Below, one piece after another: positions 39,037 through 49,168 of a stretch of DNA of 64,000 nucleotides (the stretch's first letter is position 1; every line of letters begins with the position of its first letter). The notes under the pieces are model-generated. The model was not told the DNA's origin. It worked only from the letters and a program-made list of their open reading frames with translations, and did not search any database. This DNA is from an uncultured Alphaproteobacteria bacterium (lineage in GTDB: Bacteria; Pseudomonadota; Alphaproteobacteria; Methylaequorales; Methylaequoraceae), in contig CACAYF010000005.1 of NCBI GenBank assembly GCA_902536655.1, positions 5,790-69,789 on the forward strand, read 5' to 3'. Made by a program: the position numbers and the translations under genes.

Positions 39037-39997
39037 CTAAATTACTTAAAGTCTCTTCTGTTAGTCTGGCTCCGTATTGCTGAATTATCAATGACGCAAC
39101 TTTACAGCCAAATAAAGCAGATTTTTTTGGCGACTCGCCTTTTAACAACTTGTATAAAAATCCCGCAGCAAACATATCTCCAGCTCCTGTGGTATCTAAT
39201 ACAGATTCGACTTGGAATGAAGGTATTATTTCAGATCCTTGAGAATCAACAACTTCAACTCCCTTATCACCCATTGTTTTAAGTAAAATTTCAACTGTCT
39301 GTGTTTTTAAAAAATTTAATAAATTATTGTTACCTAATAATTCTTTAAATTCATGTTCGTTACCTACTAAAATATTTATCTCAGACTTCAACAGTTTTAG
39401 AAAATCATCTCTGTACATCTTCACTAAGTTTGGATCAGATAGTGAAAAAACTATTTTAATTTTTTTAATCTTGGCAATTTCGATAGCCTTATAGATTGCC
39501 TCTCTTGCACTTTCTGAACTCCATAAGTAACCTTCAATTAATAAATAATCTATATCATTAAAAAAATCAGATTTTATATCCTCTTTCCCAAGAGTTGTAC
39601 TCGCTCCTAAGAAAGTTTGCATTGATCGTTCACCGTCTGGTGAAACAAAAACTATACATCTTGCAGTTGGCAAACCTTGAGTGGATTGTTTACAAAGAAA
39701 TTTAGTTTTAGTTTTTTCCATATCTGAAATAAATTCGTCGCCAAGCTCATCGTCCCTAACTTTTCCACAGAAAAAAGAATTTAATCCTAGAAGTGAGATT
39801 CCCACCATTGTATTTGCGACTGACCCGCCAGAATCTTTTTTTATTGGGTTAATTTCTTTTAAAATCTTATCAGATACATTCTGGTCTACCAATGTCATAG
39901 CCCCTTTTGTTAAGTTTGCACTTGCCAGAAAATCGTCAGAAACAGAGGACACAATATCTAAAACAGCATTTCCCATTCCTAAAATTTTTTTATTCAT
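39029..39997 (-). CDS. adenosine kinase (PfkB/ribokinase family, eukaryote-like ADK)
   Basis: ILGMGNAVLDIVSSVSDDFL at the N-terminus and DTTGAGDMFAAGFL near the C-terminus match adenosine kinase signatures. Confidence 0.6.
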   Translation of the reverse strand: MNKKILGMGNAVLDIVSSVSDDFLASANLTKGAMTLVDQNVSDKILKEINPIKKDSGGSVANTMVGISLLGLNSFFCGKVRDDELGDEFISDMEKTKTKFLCKQSTQGLPTARCIVFVSPDGERSMQTFLGASTTLGKEDIKSDFFNDIDYLLIEGYLWSSESAREAIYKAIEIAKIKKIKIVFSLSDPNLVKMYRDDFLKLLKSEINILVGNEHEFKELLGNNNLLNFLKTQTVEILLKTMGDKGVEVVDSQGSEIIPSFQVESVLDTTGAGDMFAAGFLYKLLKGESPKKSALFGCKVASLIIQQYGARLTEETLSNLAN

Positions 39998-40103
39998 AAA
40001 TTTTTTTCCTTTATAATTTAAATTTTAATAGTATAGAATTTCAAAGATATTTCACAGAAATTTAACTTTAAAAAATAAAAAAAATTATTTATATATTATT
40101 ATT

Positions 40104-40580
40104 ATGGAAAAAACTTTTCTGGACATAACTGTACTCCCTTACAGAAGCTTATCCAAAAAAGGATTCAGAAACTTAATGTTTATTGTCTCATTAATTTTTT
40201 TTCTCGTTGGGGTTTTCTTCTGGTATATAGGAGCATGGCCAGTTTTCGGTTTTTTAGGGTTAGACGTATTACTTCTTTACTATGCCTTTAAAATAAACTA
40301 CAAATCTGGTGAAATTTTTGAAACTGTCAAAATTATTCAACAGAACTTGCTCATTACTCGAAATTTTCCATCTGGAAAAAAACAAACCTGGAACCTTGAA
40401 CCTTATTGGACAAAAGTTGAGATATCTAATCCCGCAAGACACCAACACAATTTAATAATCAAGTCTAAAGACAAGGTCGTTCTTCTAGGTTCATTTCTGA
40501 ATTATAACGATAAAAGGAAACTTCTCACACAAATTGAATCGGCATTACAACTTTTAAACAACAAAATGAGTAAGATCTGA
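40104..40580 (+). CDS. DUF2244-like small integral membrane protein
   Basis: 158 aa with two TM helices near the N-terminus, similar to an alphaproteobacterial conserved hypothetical protein. Confidence 0.4.
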   Translation: MEKTFLDITVLPYRSLSKKGFRNLMFIVSLIFFLVGVFFWYIGAWPVFGFLGLDVLLLYYAFKINYKSGEIFETVKIIQQNLLITRNFPSGKKQTWNLEPYWTKVEISNPARHQHNLIIKSKDKVVLLGSFLNYNDKRKLLTQIESALQLLNNKMSKI

Positions 40581-41491
40581 AAAATTTAAATTTAACCTTT
40601 CAGAGTTACATATCATTAATTTTACTGTCAGCAATTTGGGGAAGTTCATTCCTATTCATTAAAATAAGTATTGTAAGTATCCCTCCTAGTCTTTTGACTT
40701 TTTATAGACTTTTTGTTGCTTCACTGTTTCTAGTTTGTTTTTGTAAAAAAGGATTTCTTAAAGCTATTTTCGCCAATAACAGAAAACTACTATTTGGCGT
40801 TGCGATTTTTGGGAATGTTCTTCCCTTTAATTTAATAAGTTTAAGCGAAATTTACGTAGAAAGTATCGTTGCTGCTTCTCTTATAGGGACAATGCCACTT
40901 TTTACATATATAATTGCTTATTTAATATCAAAAAATAAAAGTTTAGATTTTATAAGTATTATTGGTTTATTATTCGGTTTTATTGGTATGTTAATTTTTA
41001 TAAATCCGTTTGGAATCTCACTTGAATCTGTAGCGTTAAATTTTTCTTTATTAATAATATTGTCAGCTTTTTTTTACGGACTTTCAGCAAATTTTGTAAA
41101 GAAAATACAAGACAACTCTCCTATTGAAATTGCTGCCTTTACAACTATTTTAGCAATGTTATTAGCTTTTCCTATATTTATTCTTAATTTTATTTCTTTA
41201 AACAATTTTGAAAAACAATTATTACTTAATATTTCATTCGAGAGTTTTCTTTCAGCTACAGTATTGGGAATTGTATGTACAGGATTTGCAATTTTAATTT
41301 TCTTTAATCTTATTAAGATCAAATCAGCTGTTTTTGCGAGTCAAAGTAATTTTCTTATTCCATGCTTTGGGTCTTTGTGGGGATATATTTTTTTGGATGA
41401 GAACTTAACTGAAAATATGATTTATGGTCTTCTTTTAATTGTTATTGGAGGATGGGTGACAAATCGTTCAATGTTTGTAAAGAGCAATTAA
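40577..41491 (+). CDS. EamA/DMT-family transporter (start uncertain, probably a non-ATG start near 40577-40620)
   Basis: The frame is open from 40574 and encodes LLSAIWGSSFLFIKISIV, a typical EamA N-terminus, upstream of the annotated TTG at 40694. Ten TM helices. Confidence 0.6.
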   Translation: MKNLNLTFQSYISLILLSAIWGSSFLFIKISIVSIPPSLLTFYRLFVASLFLVCFCKKGFLKAIFANNRKLLFGVAIFGNVLPFNLISLSEIYVESIVAASLIGTMPLFTYIIAYLISKNKSLDFISIIGLLFGFIGMLIFINPFGISLESVALNFSLLIILSAFFYGLSANFVKKIQDNSPIEIAAFTTILAMLLAFPIFILNFISLNNFEKQLLLNISFESFLSATVLGIVCTGFAILIFFNLIKIKSAVFASQSNFLIPCFGSLWGYIFLDENLTENMIYGLLLIVIGGWVTNRSMFVKSN

Positions 41492-41492
41492 C

Positions 41493-42053
41493 CTACTTAT
41501 TCTGATTTAGTTTCTTAAACTCGTCTGGAATATCGCCTACATCATATTCTTCATATTCCGTGACGGGTCTTATCTCATTTTCATCTGTTACTTGGTATAC
41601 GAACTTAACAGCATTTTGAAAATTAAATCTAGCTACATCAAGATTTCTCTCTGCAAAAGAAACTGAGCCCCCAAGCCAAGCATTATCTTCAAGAGCGTTA
41701 GTTGCGGCTATTAATAGTTCAGATACTTCAATTAAAGAATTATGAATTTCGTTTAATTTAGCTGAATTAGGAATATCGAGCTTTCTTAAATCATCTGGTC
41801 TACCAAAAGACTCTAGATGCCCTTGTATTAATTCTTCGGCCTCCTTGAAATGATCTTCATCTGCTCTGTCATTTCTAAGGTTAAAAGCGTCCAACAATCT
41901 TCCTTGAAGTATAATTGCATTACCTAAATGACCAAGCCTAATATCCATAATTTCTTTATATTCTTTTAGGTCAGTTTCAGAAACTTTATTTTCGCATGAA
42001 ACTATTAAAAAAAATAAAATTAGAAAAGTATTTAATTTTTTATGAAAAAACAT
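41493..42053 (-). CDS. hypothetical lipoprotein
   Basis: The internal Met gives MFFHKKLNTFLILFFLIVSC with a lipobox Cys. The ORF track's longer N-terminus overlaps dapB. Confidence 0.45.
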   Translation of the reverse strand: MFFHKKLNTFLILFFLIVSCENKVSETDLKEYKEIMDIRLGHLGNAIILQGRLLDAFNLRNDRADEDHFKEAEELIQGHLESFGRPDDLRKLDIPNSAKLNEIHNSLIEVSELLIAATNALEDNAWLGGSVSFAERNLDVARFNFQNAVKFVYQVTDENEIRPVTEYEEYDVGDIPDEFKKLNQNK

Positions 42054-42055
42054 GA

Positions 42056-42838
42056 CTACTCTTTTAGCATATCTGAAATTGTATACAAGCCTGCCTTTTT
42101 TTGGTGCAACCAACTTGCAGCCTTTAAAGCTCCAACTGAAAAAATTTTTCTACTTGATGCTATGTGTTTTAATTCAATTCTTTCTCCATTTAAAAAAAAA
42201 TAAACTGTGTGTTCTCCTATTACGTCTCCACCTCTGATCGAAGCAAAACCAATCTCGTTCTTTCCTCTAGCTTTATTTTTATTTTCTTCTCTATATGAAA
42301 ACTTAGCAATCTCTTTAAAACCCTCTTGAACTGACTTAGCCAGAGAAATAGCCGTTCCAGACGGTATATCTTTTTTTTTGTTGTGATGGATTTCAACTAT
42401 CTCAATGTCAGACTGAGAAGAAATATTTTTAGAAGCAGCTTTGATTAAATTTTTCATTAAATTTATTCCAATGCTCATATTAAATGATCGCAAAACTTTT
42501 TTGCCATTAACTAATCCCTGAAATTTTTTCTCTTCTGTTTTAGTGTATCCGGTAGTTCCAGTCACTAGCGCTGTTTTTGTTTTTAAATCATGCATAACCT
42601 TTAATAAATTGATGGTAGCCGAGGGAATGGTAAAATCAATAATGACATCACTGTATTTAATTAAATTATTTATATCATCTGCAATCACGATACCTGAAAT
42701 TTTTTTCCCGACATCTTTATGCTTTTTCTTTTCACATAAAACAGAAAGTTCTAATGAGTCGAAATTTTCAATTTGTTCAATAAGATCACTGCCCATTCTT
42801 CCACCAGGACCAAAAATTCCAATTTTAATTTTTTTCAT
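42056..42838 (-). CDS. dapB: 4-hydroxy-tetrahydrodipicolinate reductase
   Basis: N-terminal Rossmann motif (KIGIFGPGGRMG) and C-terminal DapB domain. Confidence 0.8.
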   Translation of the reverse strand: MKKIKIGIFGPGGRMGSDLIEQIENFDSLELSVLCEKKKHKDVGKKISGIVIADDINNLIKYSDVIIDFTIPSATINLLKVMHDLKTKTALVTGTTGYTKTEEKKFQGLVNGKKVLRSFNMSIGINLMKNLIKAASKNISSQSDIEIVEIHHNKKKDIPSGTAISLAKSVQEGFKEIAKFSYREENKNKARGKNEIGFASIRGGDVIGEHTVYFFLNGERIELKHIASSRKIFSVGALKAASWLHQKKAGLYTISDMLKE

Positions 42839-42847
42839 TTTACAACT

Positions 42848-43969
42848 CTAGGATAAACCGTCCCAGAAGTCTTTTACTTTTGAGAAAAAACCTGACTTTT
42901 CTGGGCTATTATTTTGATTGAGTTCTTCATTAAATTCTTTAAGCAATCTTTTCTGATTTTCCGATAGATTTTTTGGTATTTCAACTATCAATGATATGAT
43001 CATATCGCCAAATGATGTTGATCTAATTGTTGGCATCCCTTTTCCATTCAACCTGAATTGATCACCATGCTGGGAACCAGCTGGAACTTTTACTTTAACT
43101 TTTCCACCTGAAACTGTTGGAACCTCTACTGAACCTCCAAGTGATGCGTCGACAATAGAAATTGGAACGTTGCAAAATATCTCAGTACCATTTCTTCCAA
43201 AGATTGAATGTTCAGGCATACTTACAAACAAATAAAGATCTCCTGGTGATGAACCATTCTGACCTACGGCACCCTCTCCAGAAAGTCTAATTCTGCTTCC
43301 ATCCTCGACTCCAGCAGGAATATTCACTTCAAGTTTTCTATTTTTTCTTCTTCTTCCCTCTCCACTACACGCATTGCAGGGGTCCGTAATTACCTGCCCT
43401 GCGCCACCACAAGAGGAGCATGTTCGTTCAACGGTGAAAAAACCCTGAGAAGCCCTTGTTCTCCCTGATCCTCCACAAACATCGCAGTCCCTTAGTCCGT
43501 TCCCTTTTTCAGAACCTGAACCATTGCAGTCGCTGCATCTTATTAGGGTATCAAAAGAAATTTCTTTTTTTGTTCCAGTGTAAGCTTCCCTCAAATCAAC
43601 ATCTATTTCGTATTTTAAATCTTGCCCTCTTTGTTGCCTTGTTTTTGAAGACCTTCCCCCAAAATCACCAAAGAAGTCTTCAAATATGTCGGAAAAATTT
43701 CCAAAGCCACCACCAAAGCCTTCGGAGAACCCTCCACCAGTTTGTGAAAAGGCATCATGTCCGTAAGTATCATAAGCTTCTTTTTTTTCTGGGTTAGATA
43801 GGACCTCATAAGCCTCTGAGATTTCTTTGAACTTAGTCTCAGCCTCTTGATCACCTTGATTTTTGTCAGGGTGATATTTCATAGCTAACTTGCGGTATGA
43901 ACTCTTGATGGTTGCAGAATCGGAATCCCTAGAAACACCAAGGACATCATAATAATCATTTTTTGGCAT
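42848..43969 (-). CDS. dnaJ: chaperone DnaJ
   Basis: J-domain HPD motif, G/F-rich linker and four CxxCxGxG zinc-finger repeats. Confidence 0.9.
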   Translation of the reverse strand: MPKNDYYDVLGVSRDSDSATIKSSYRKLAMKYHPDKNQGDQEAETKFKEISEAYEVLSNPEKKEAYDTYGHDAFSQTGGGFSEGFGGGFGNFSDIFEDFFGDFGGRSSKTRQQRGQDLKYEIDVDLREAYTGTKKEISFDTLIRCSDCNGSGSEKGNGLRDCDVCGGSGRTRASQGFFTVERTCSSCGGAGQVITDPCNACSGEGRRRKNRKLEVNIPAGVEDGSRIRLSGEGAVGQNGSSPGDLYLFVSMPEHSIFGRNGTEIFCNVPISIVDASLGGSVEVPTVSGGKVKVKVPAGSQHGDQFRLNGKGMPTIRSTSFGDMIISLIVEIPKNLSENQKRLLKEFNEELNQNNSPEKSGFFSKVKDFWDGLS

Positions 43970-43981
43970 ATCACTAGAGAG

Positions 43982-45964
43982 TTATGCTGATTTTTCCTTT
44001 TTGTCACCGTCATCCTTTTTTGTTTTCTTTTCGGTGACATCCTCAAAGTCAGCATCCATTACTTCGGGATCTTTTTTACCTTGCTTCTTTTTATCTTTTC
44101 CTTTGCCTGATTGATTTTTTTCTCCAGTTTCTTTAGATTCTTTTGCAGCTTTTTCTTGTGCTTCTTTGTACATTATTTCACCTAATTTCATTGAATCTTG
44201 AATCAGTGAGTCGGTTTTTTCTTTCAAAACTTTAGTGTCGACTTTTTCATCTTTTAAAGTTTCTTTTAGAGTTTCCAAAGATTTTTCGATTTTTTCTTTA
44301 TCTTCTTTTGGGATTTTTGAACCATGTTCTTTTAAACTCTTTTCAGTACTATGTATAATTGAATCAGCATTGTTTCTGGCTTCAATAGTTTCGAGCTTTT
44401 TTTTGTCTGCGTCTGCATTGGCTTCAGCATCTTTTACCATCTTATCAATCTCTTCATCAGATAAACCGCCAGAAGCTTTGATCTGAATTTGGTGTTCTTT
44501 GCCTGTTGCTTTGTCTTTTGCTGACACTTTAACAATTCCATTAGCATCAATGTCGAATGTAACTTCAATTTGAGGTGACCCTTTTGGCGCAGGGGGGATT
44601 CCAACAAGATCGAACTGACCGAGTAACTTGTTGTCAGATGCTATTTGTCTTTCTCCTTGAAAAACTCTAATTGTAACAGCGGATTGGTTGTCGTCAGCAG
44701 TTGAGAAAATTTGACTCTTATTTGTTGGAATTGTGGTGTTTTTTTCAATTAATTTTGTAAACACACCTCCAAGAGTTTCAATACCTAGAGATAATGGAGT
44801 TACGTCAAGCAATAAAACATCTTTTACATCACCTGACAAAACACCTCCCTGAACGGCAGCTCCTAGTGCTACAACTTCGTCTGGATTTACACTTCTGTTG
44901 GGTTCTTTACCAAAAAATTTTTTTACTGCCTCAATAACTTTTGGCATTCTGGTCATTCCTCCGACTAAAATCACGTCGTTTATTTCTCCTGCGCTTAAAC
45001 CAGCATCTTTTAAAGCTTTTTTGCATGGCTCAATTGATCTATCTATTAGATCAGATACCAAGGTTTCGAACTTAGATCTCGAAAGTTTTATGTTTAAGTG
45101 CTTTGGACCTGAGGCATCTGCTGTAATAAAAGGAAGGTTTACTTCCGTTTGAGGGGTGGTAGACAGTTCGATCTTTGCCTTTTCTGCTGCTTCTTTCAGC
45201 CTTTGAAGAGCTAGCTTATCAGTTTTTAGGTCGATTGATTGTTCTTTTTTAAACTCTGATGCAAAATAGTCGATCAATACATTGTCAAAATCTTCACCAC
45301 CAAGTTTTGTGTCTCCATTAGTTGCTTTGACTTCGAAAACTCCATCACCAATTTCTAATATTGAGACATCAAATGTTCCGCCCCCGAGATCATAAACAGC
45401 AACTGTTCCGGATTTCTTTTTATCCAAGCCATATGCAAGTGCTGCGGCTGTTGGTTCATTGATAATTCTTTTAACATCCAAACCTGCAATTTTTCCAGCA
45501 TCCTTAGTCGCTTGTCTTTGAGCATCGTTGAAATAAGCAGGAACTGTTATCACTGCCTCCTTTACTGGTTTTCCAAGAAACTTTTCCGCTGTTTCTTTCA
45601 TTTTTTGTAAAATCATGGCACTTATCTGACTTGGTGAATATTTCTTATCGTCTATTAAAACCCATGCATCGTCATTCTCACCCGCAACGATTTTGTAGGG
45701 AAGTACGTCAGAATCCTTTTTAACTGAAGGATCATCCATTCTTCTACCGACCAATCTTTTTATAGCAAATAATGTTTTTTCAGGGTTGGTTACAGCCTGC
45801 CTTTTGGCTGATTGTCCCACCAATTGTTCGTTATTTTCCGCAAACGCAACCATTGATGGGGTTGTTCGCGAACCTTCTACATTTTCTATAACTTTTGGTT
45901 CTTTGCCATCCATGATGGCAACGCATGAATTTGTTGTACCGAGGTCTATGCCTATGACTGCCAT
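43982..45964 (-). CDS. dnaK: chaperone DnaK (Hsp70)
   Basis: [21 protein letters not shown] and the full Hsp70 architecture. Confidence 0.95.
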   Translation of the reverse strand: MAVIGIDLGTTNSCVAIMDGKEPKVIENVEGSRTTPSMVAFAENNEQLVGQSAKRQAVTNPEKTLFAIKRLVGRRMDDPSVKKDSDVLPYKIVAGENDDAWVLIDDKKYSPSQISAMILQKMKETAEKFLGKPVKEAVITVPAYFNDAQRQATKDAGKIAGLDVKRIINEPTAAALAYGLDKKKSGTVAVYDLGGGTFDVSILEIGDGVFEVKATNGDTKLGGEDFDNVLIDYFASEFKKEQSIDLKTDKLALQRLKEAAEKAKIELSTTPQTEVNLPFITADASGPKHLNIKLSRSKFETLVSDLIDRSIEPCKKALKDAGLSAGEINDVILVGGMTRMPKVIEAVKKFFGKEPNRSVNPDEVVALGAAVQGGVLSGDVKDVLLLDVTPLSLGIETLGGVFTKLIEKNTTIPTNKSQIFSTADDNQSAVTIRVFQGERQIASDNKLLGQFDLVGIPPAPKGSPQIEVTFDIDANGIVKVSAKDKATGKEHQIQIKASGGLSDEEIDKMVKDAEANADADKKKLETIEARNNADSIIHSTEKSLKEHGSKIPKEDKEKIEKSLETLKETLKDEKVDTKVLKEKTDSLIQDSMKLGEIMYKEAQEKAAKESKETGEKNQSGKGKDKKKQGKKDPEVMDADFEDVTEKKTKKDDGDKKEKSA

Positions 45965-46693
45965 ATTGTGCTCCTTTTCTTCCTGGTTATAATGGACAGA
46001 ATTAATATTTAACCCTTGAAGGCATTAAATACTAACTGTTAATAAAGCTAACCTTTTATATTACAAGTAGCTACTTCAAATCAAGAAAAAAATGATTTTT
46101 TATTAAATCCCTTATATAAAATTATCAAACAAAAATTATTAAAGATCTTTTAAGAATAATCCCAAATTTCCATTCTTTACCCCAACTCTCCCAAAATTTA
46201 ACAAGCCATTTAAAATTAAAATATCTAATGCCGGGAAGAGGGCGTGTAGCTCAAATGTACAAGGATATCGATGTGTTAAAAACACCGCATAACCAAAAAA
46301 AAATAATCCAAAACACTCTCTCGCCTTTTTTATTTATGGCAAGAACATTGTTGCAAATAAAAATGCCTGACTTTTATTTACTAAATTTGTATTCTTTCCC
46401 AAACTCAAGTTTGGGACTACATCAAGATAGAGTTGAGAAGGATTTAAATAATCCTGTTTTATAAATTTGGCTTGGAAACAACGCTTTTTTTAAAATACGG
46501 TAAAAATAATCTAAATGAAATATGCCTAAAACTAGTTCAATTTGCATTTTAAAAGATAGTTCACGACTTTAATTATCGTTGTTTAAAAAAAATTTAAAAA
46601 GTAAAAAAATATTATGGATGCATGTGCCTTTGATTGTTTCCCTAAGAGATTGCAGAATTAATATCGCACTTCGCAAATTTGTTGTTTAAAAAT

Positions 46694-47290
46694 TTACTTC
46701 TCTTCTTGGGTTTTTCCTGAAGAAATAACAACCATCGCTGGTCTTAGAAGTCGTTCTCCTATCATGAAACCTTTTGCTAACTCTTCAATTATTGTTCCTT
46801 CTGGTTTATCGCTATTTTTTTTGGAAACTGCTTGGTGTATTTCTGGATTAAACTTTTTTTCTAGAGAATCAAAACGAACAACACCGTTTTTTTCAAAAAT
46901 CTCGTAGATTTCCTTTTCAACTGCTTCAAGACCTACTACAAGATTTTTTAACATTACGTTTTGTCCTAAATTCTCTCTAGGTATTGAATTTAGAGCTCTT
47001 TGAAAATTATCAGTCACATTTAAAAGTTCAGAAGAAAAATTTCTGATTGCATACTTTAAATTTTCTTGGGATTCTTTTTGATGCCTTTTTCTTAAGTTTT
47101 CATTTTCCGCCAACTCTCTAAGCAGTTTGTCCTCAGCTTGTTTTAGTTTAATTTTCAAATCAGCGATAATTTTTTGATTGTTGATCTCAGAGCCGTTTTG
47201 ATTCTTATGTGATCTTGCTTCTTTTTTTGAATCTTTATTGTCATATGTTTTGTCTTTCTTTTTTTCATTTTCCGTAGTAGATCTTTTCAT
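46694..47290 (-). CDS. grpE: nucleotide exchange factor GrpE
   Basis: 198 aa with a coiled-coil N-terminus and GrpE C-terminal motifs. Confidence 0.8.
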   Translation of the reverse strand: MKRSTTENEKKKDKTYDNKDSKKEARSHKNQNGSEINNQKIIADLKIKLKQAEDKLLRELAENENLRKRHQKESQENLKYAIRNFSSELLNVTDNFQRALNSIPRENLGQNVMLKNLVVGLEAVEKEIYEIFEKNGVVRFDSLEKKFNPEIHQAVSKKNSDKPEGTIIEELAKGFMIGERLLRPAMVVISSGKTQEEK

Positions 47291-47311
47291 CTTGTCTCCT
47301 ATAAATTAATA

Positions 47312-48412
47312 TTATTTAATCTCGAGTTTTTCGCCGATTAATTTTGCAGTGTAATCAACAACAGGGATAATTTTAGCATAGTTTATTCTCATGGGACCAA
47401 TAACACCTATGGCTCCAATTATTTCTTTTTTTTTATTTTTAAATGGGCTTATAATTGTTGAGCACCCGGTATGACCAAATAAGTTGTTTTCAGAGCCAAT
47501 AAAAATTTGCAATCCCTCAGCTTGAAGTGTTTCGTCTATGATACCAACAAGATTTTTTTTATTCTCAAGCTTTTCAATCAATAATCTAACATCTTCAAGC
47601 TGCTCCATAACTTTTACATCATCTAACAGTTTGGATGTACCTGTCACAATTAATTTATTTTTTTTACTAGCATCGTCCCAGCATGCGAATCCTTGATCAA
47701 TTAAAATTTTTGTTACTTTATCTATATTTTTTCTGTCGTTTTTAATTTGGGAGCTTATAATTTTTTTGCTTTCCTCTAGAGTTTTTCCTTTTATTATTGA
47801 ATTTAAATAATTTGTTGTCTCTATTAATAATGAAGAGGGTAAACCTTTGGGCACTTCAATAATTCTATTTTCAATTATTCCAGAGTCAGTTACTAAAATG
47901 ACAAGGGCTTTTTCATTGCTTACTGGAACAAACTCAATATGTTTTATATACCCCTCTAATTTAGGCGCTAAAACTATTCCAGCACAATCCAGTAAGCCTG
48001 ACAATAAAGAACTTGTTTCACTGAACATTTCCTCTACATTCTGAGTTTGATTGTTTATTACTTTTTGTATTACTGTGCATTGATTATTAGTTATTCTCCC
48101 AACTTGCAACAAACCATCAACAAAGAATCTCAAGCCCAAATCTGTTGGAATCCTACCAGACGATGTGTGATTAGATCTTAAAAGCCCAGCCTCTTGTAAA
48201 TCAAACATCACGTTCCTCACTGATGCAGCTGAGAGCTTTTCCCCCATTTTAATTGATAATCTTCTGGAACCAACGGGTTTTCCATCCTTAAGAAAATCAT
48301 TCACAATTAACTTAAAGATCTGCTTAGATCTTTGATCTAAATCAAAAATATAAGATTTTTTAATACCCATTGTTTTTTTTTTTAATAATTTGGGATTGTT
48401 TTTTTTTTTCAT
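47312..48412 (-). CDS. hrcA: heat-inducible transcription repressor HrcA (the true start is probably the internal Met near 48370)
   Basis: N-terminal wHTH (IFKLIVNDFLKDGKPVGSRRLS) and C-terminal HrcA domain. The first 14 codons of the ORF are encoded by two 11-nt homopolymer tracts (T-tracts on the plus strand) and are likely leader sequence. Confidence 0.75.
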   Translation of the reverse strand: MKKKNNPKLLKKKTMGIKKSYIFDLDQRSKQIFKLIVNDFLKDGKPVGSRRLSIKMGEKLSAASVRNVMFDLQEAGLLRSNHTSSGRIPTDLGLRFFVDGLLQVGRITNNQCTVIQKVINNQTQNVEEMFSETSSLLSGLLDCAGIVLAPKLEGYIKHIEFVPVSNEKALVILVTDSGIIENRIIEVPKGLPSSLLIETTNYLNSIIKGKTLEESKKIISSQIKNDRKNIDKVTKILIDQGFACWDDASKKNKLIVTGTSKLLDDVKVMEQLEDVRLLIEKLENKKNLVGIIDETLQAEGLQIFIGSENNLFGHTGCSTIISPFKNKKKEIIGAIGVIGPMRINYAKIIPVVDYTAKLIGEKLEIK

Positions 48413-48454
48413 ACTAATTAAAAATACATAGCTTAAACTAAGTTATATTTTGAC

Positions 48455-49168
48455 GTGCGAAAATTCAACAGGAAAAATCATGAGCTGAGAAAGATATCCA
48501 TAGAAGTTGATATAAATGATAACGCGCATGGTTCATGTATTATTAGATACGGAATGACAAAAGTGGTATGTACGGCAAGCATCGACGAAGACCTCCCAAA
48601 ATGGTTGAGAGAAAAAAAAGCTGGATGGATTACAGCAGAATATGGAATGCTACCTGGATCTACTAATTCAAGAAATAAAAGAGAATCAAAAATTGGCAAA
48701 CAGTCTGGAAGAACAATTGAAATACAAAGATTAATTGGAAGATCCTTAAGATCAGTTGTAGACTTAGAAAAACTAGCAGGATATCAAATTATTGTAGATT
48801 GTGACGTTCTTCAGGCTGATGGTGGAACCAGAACTGCTAGTATAACAGGTGGTTATGTGGCTTTATGCTTGGCCATAAAAAAGTTTGTTAGCAGAGGTTT
48901 AATAAAGAAAAATCCAATAAAAGATTTTGTTGCAGCTATTTCATGCGGAATAGTAAACGAAAAAATTTTGGTTGACCTAGATTATGCCGAAGATTCTGCT
49001 GCTCAAGTCGATGCAAATTTTGTTTTGTCAAAAACATCAGGGTTTTCAGAAATTCAAATATCAGGAGAAGAAAATACATTTAATTTAGAATCTGTAAAAG
49101 AAATGATTGATAAAACAGAAAAATCTATGAAACATATCTTTAAAATTCAAAAAGATGCAATTAAGTAA
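48455..49168 (+). CDS. rph: ribonuclease PH
   Basis: GTG start. ELRKISIEVDINDNAHGSCIIRYGMTKVVCTAS and DCDVLQADGGTRTASITG are RNase PH signatures. Confidence 0.85.
   Translation: MRKFNRKNHELRKISIEVDINDNAHGSCIIRYGMTKVVCTASIDEDLPKWLREKKAGWITAEYGMLPGSTNSRNKRESKIGKQSGRTIEIQRLIGRSLRSVVDLEKLAGYQIIVDCDVLQADGGTRTASITGGYVALCLAIKKFVSRGLIKKNPIKDFVAAISCGIVNEKILVDLDYAEDSAAQVDANFVLSKTSGFSEIQISGEENTFNLESVKEMIDKTEKSMKHIFKIQKDAIK

Noticed and set aside
46236-46300. tRNA-like 5' end GGGCGTGTAGCTCAA
   Set aside because: No complementary 3' acceptor strand, no closing GAGC for a D-stem, and no GGTTCGAATCC T-loop nearby. It cannot fold into a cloverleaf.
46228-46464. 78 aa plus-strand ORF in the grpE-dnaK spacer
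   Set aside because: It has no RBS and an implausible composition (MPGRGRVAQ... then low complexity), and it faces away from the surrounding operon. I treat it as non-coding. The spacer itself is reported as a finding.
45965-48454. Search for CIRCE (TTAGCACTC-N9-GAGTGCTAA) upstream of dnaK, grpE and hrcA
   Set aside because: No match found on either strand despite the presence of hrcA. CIRCE may sit only at groESL, outside the window. No call made.
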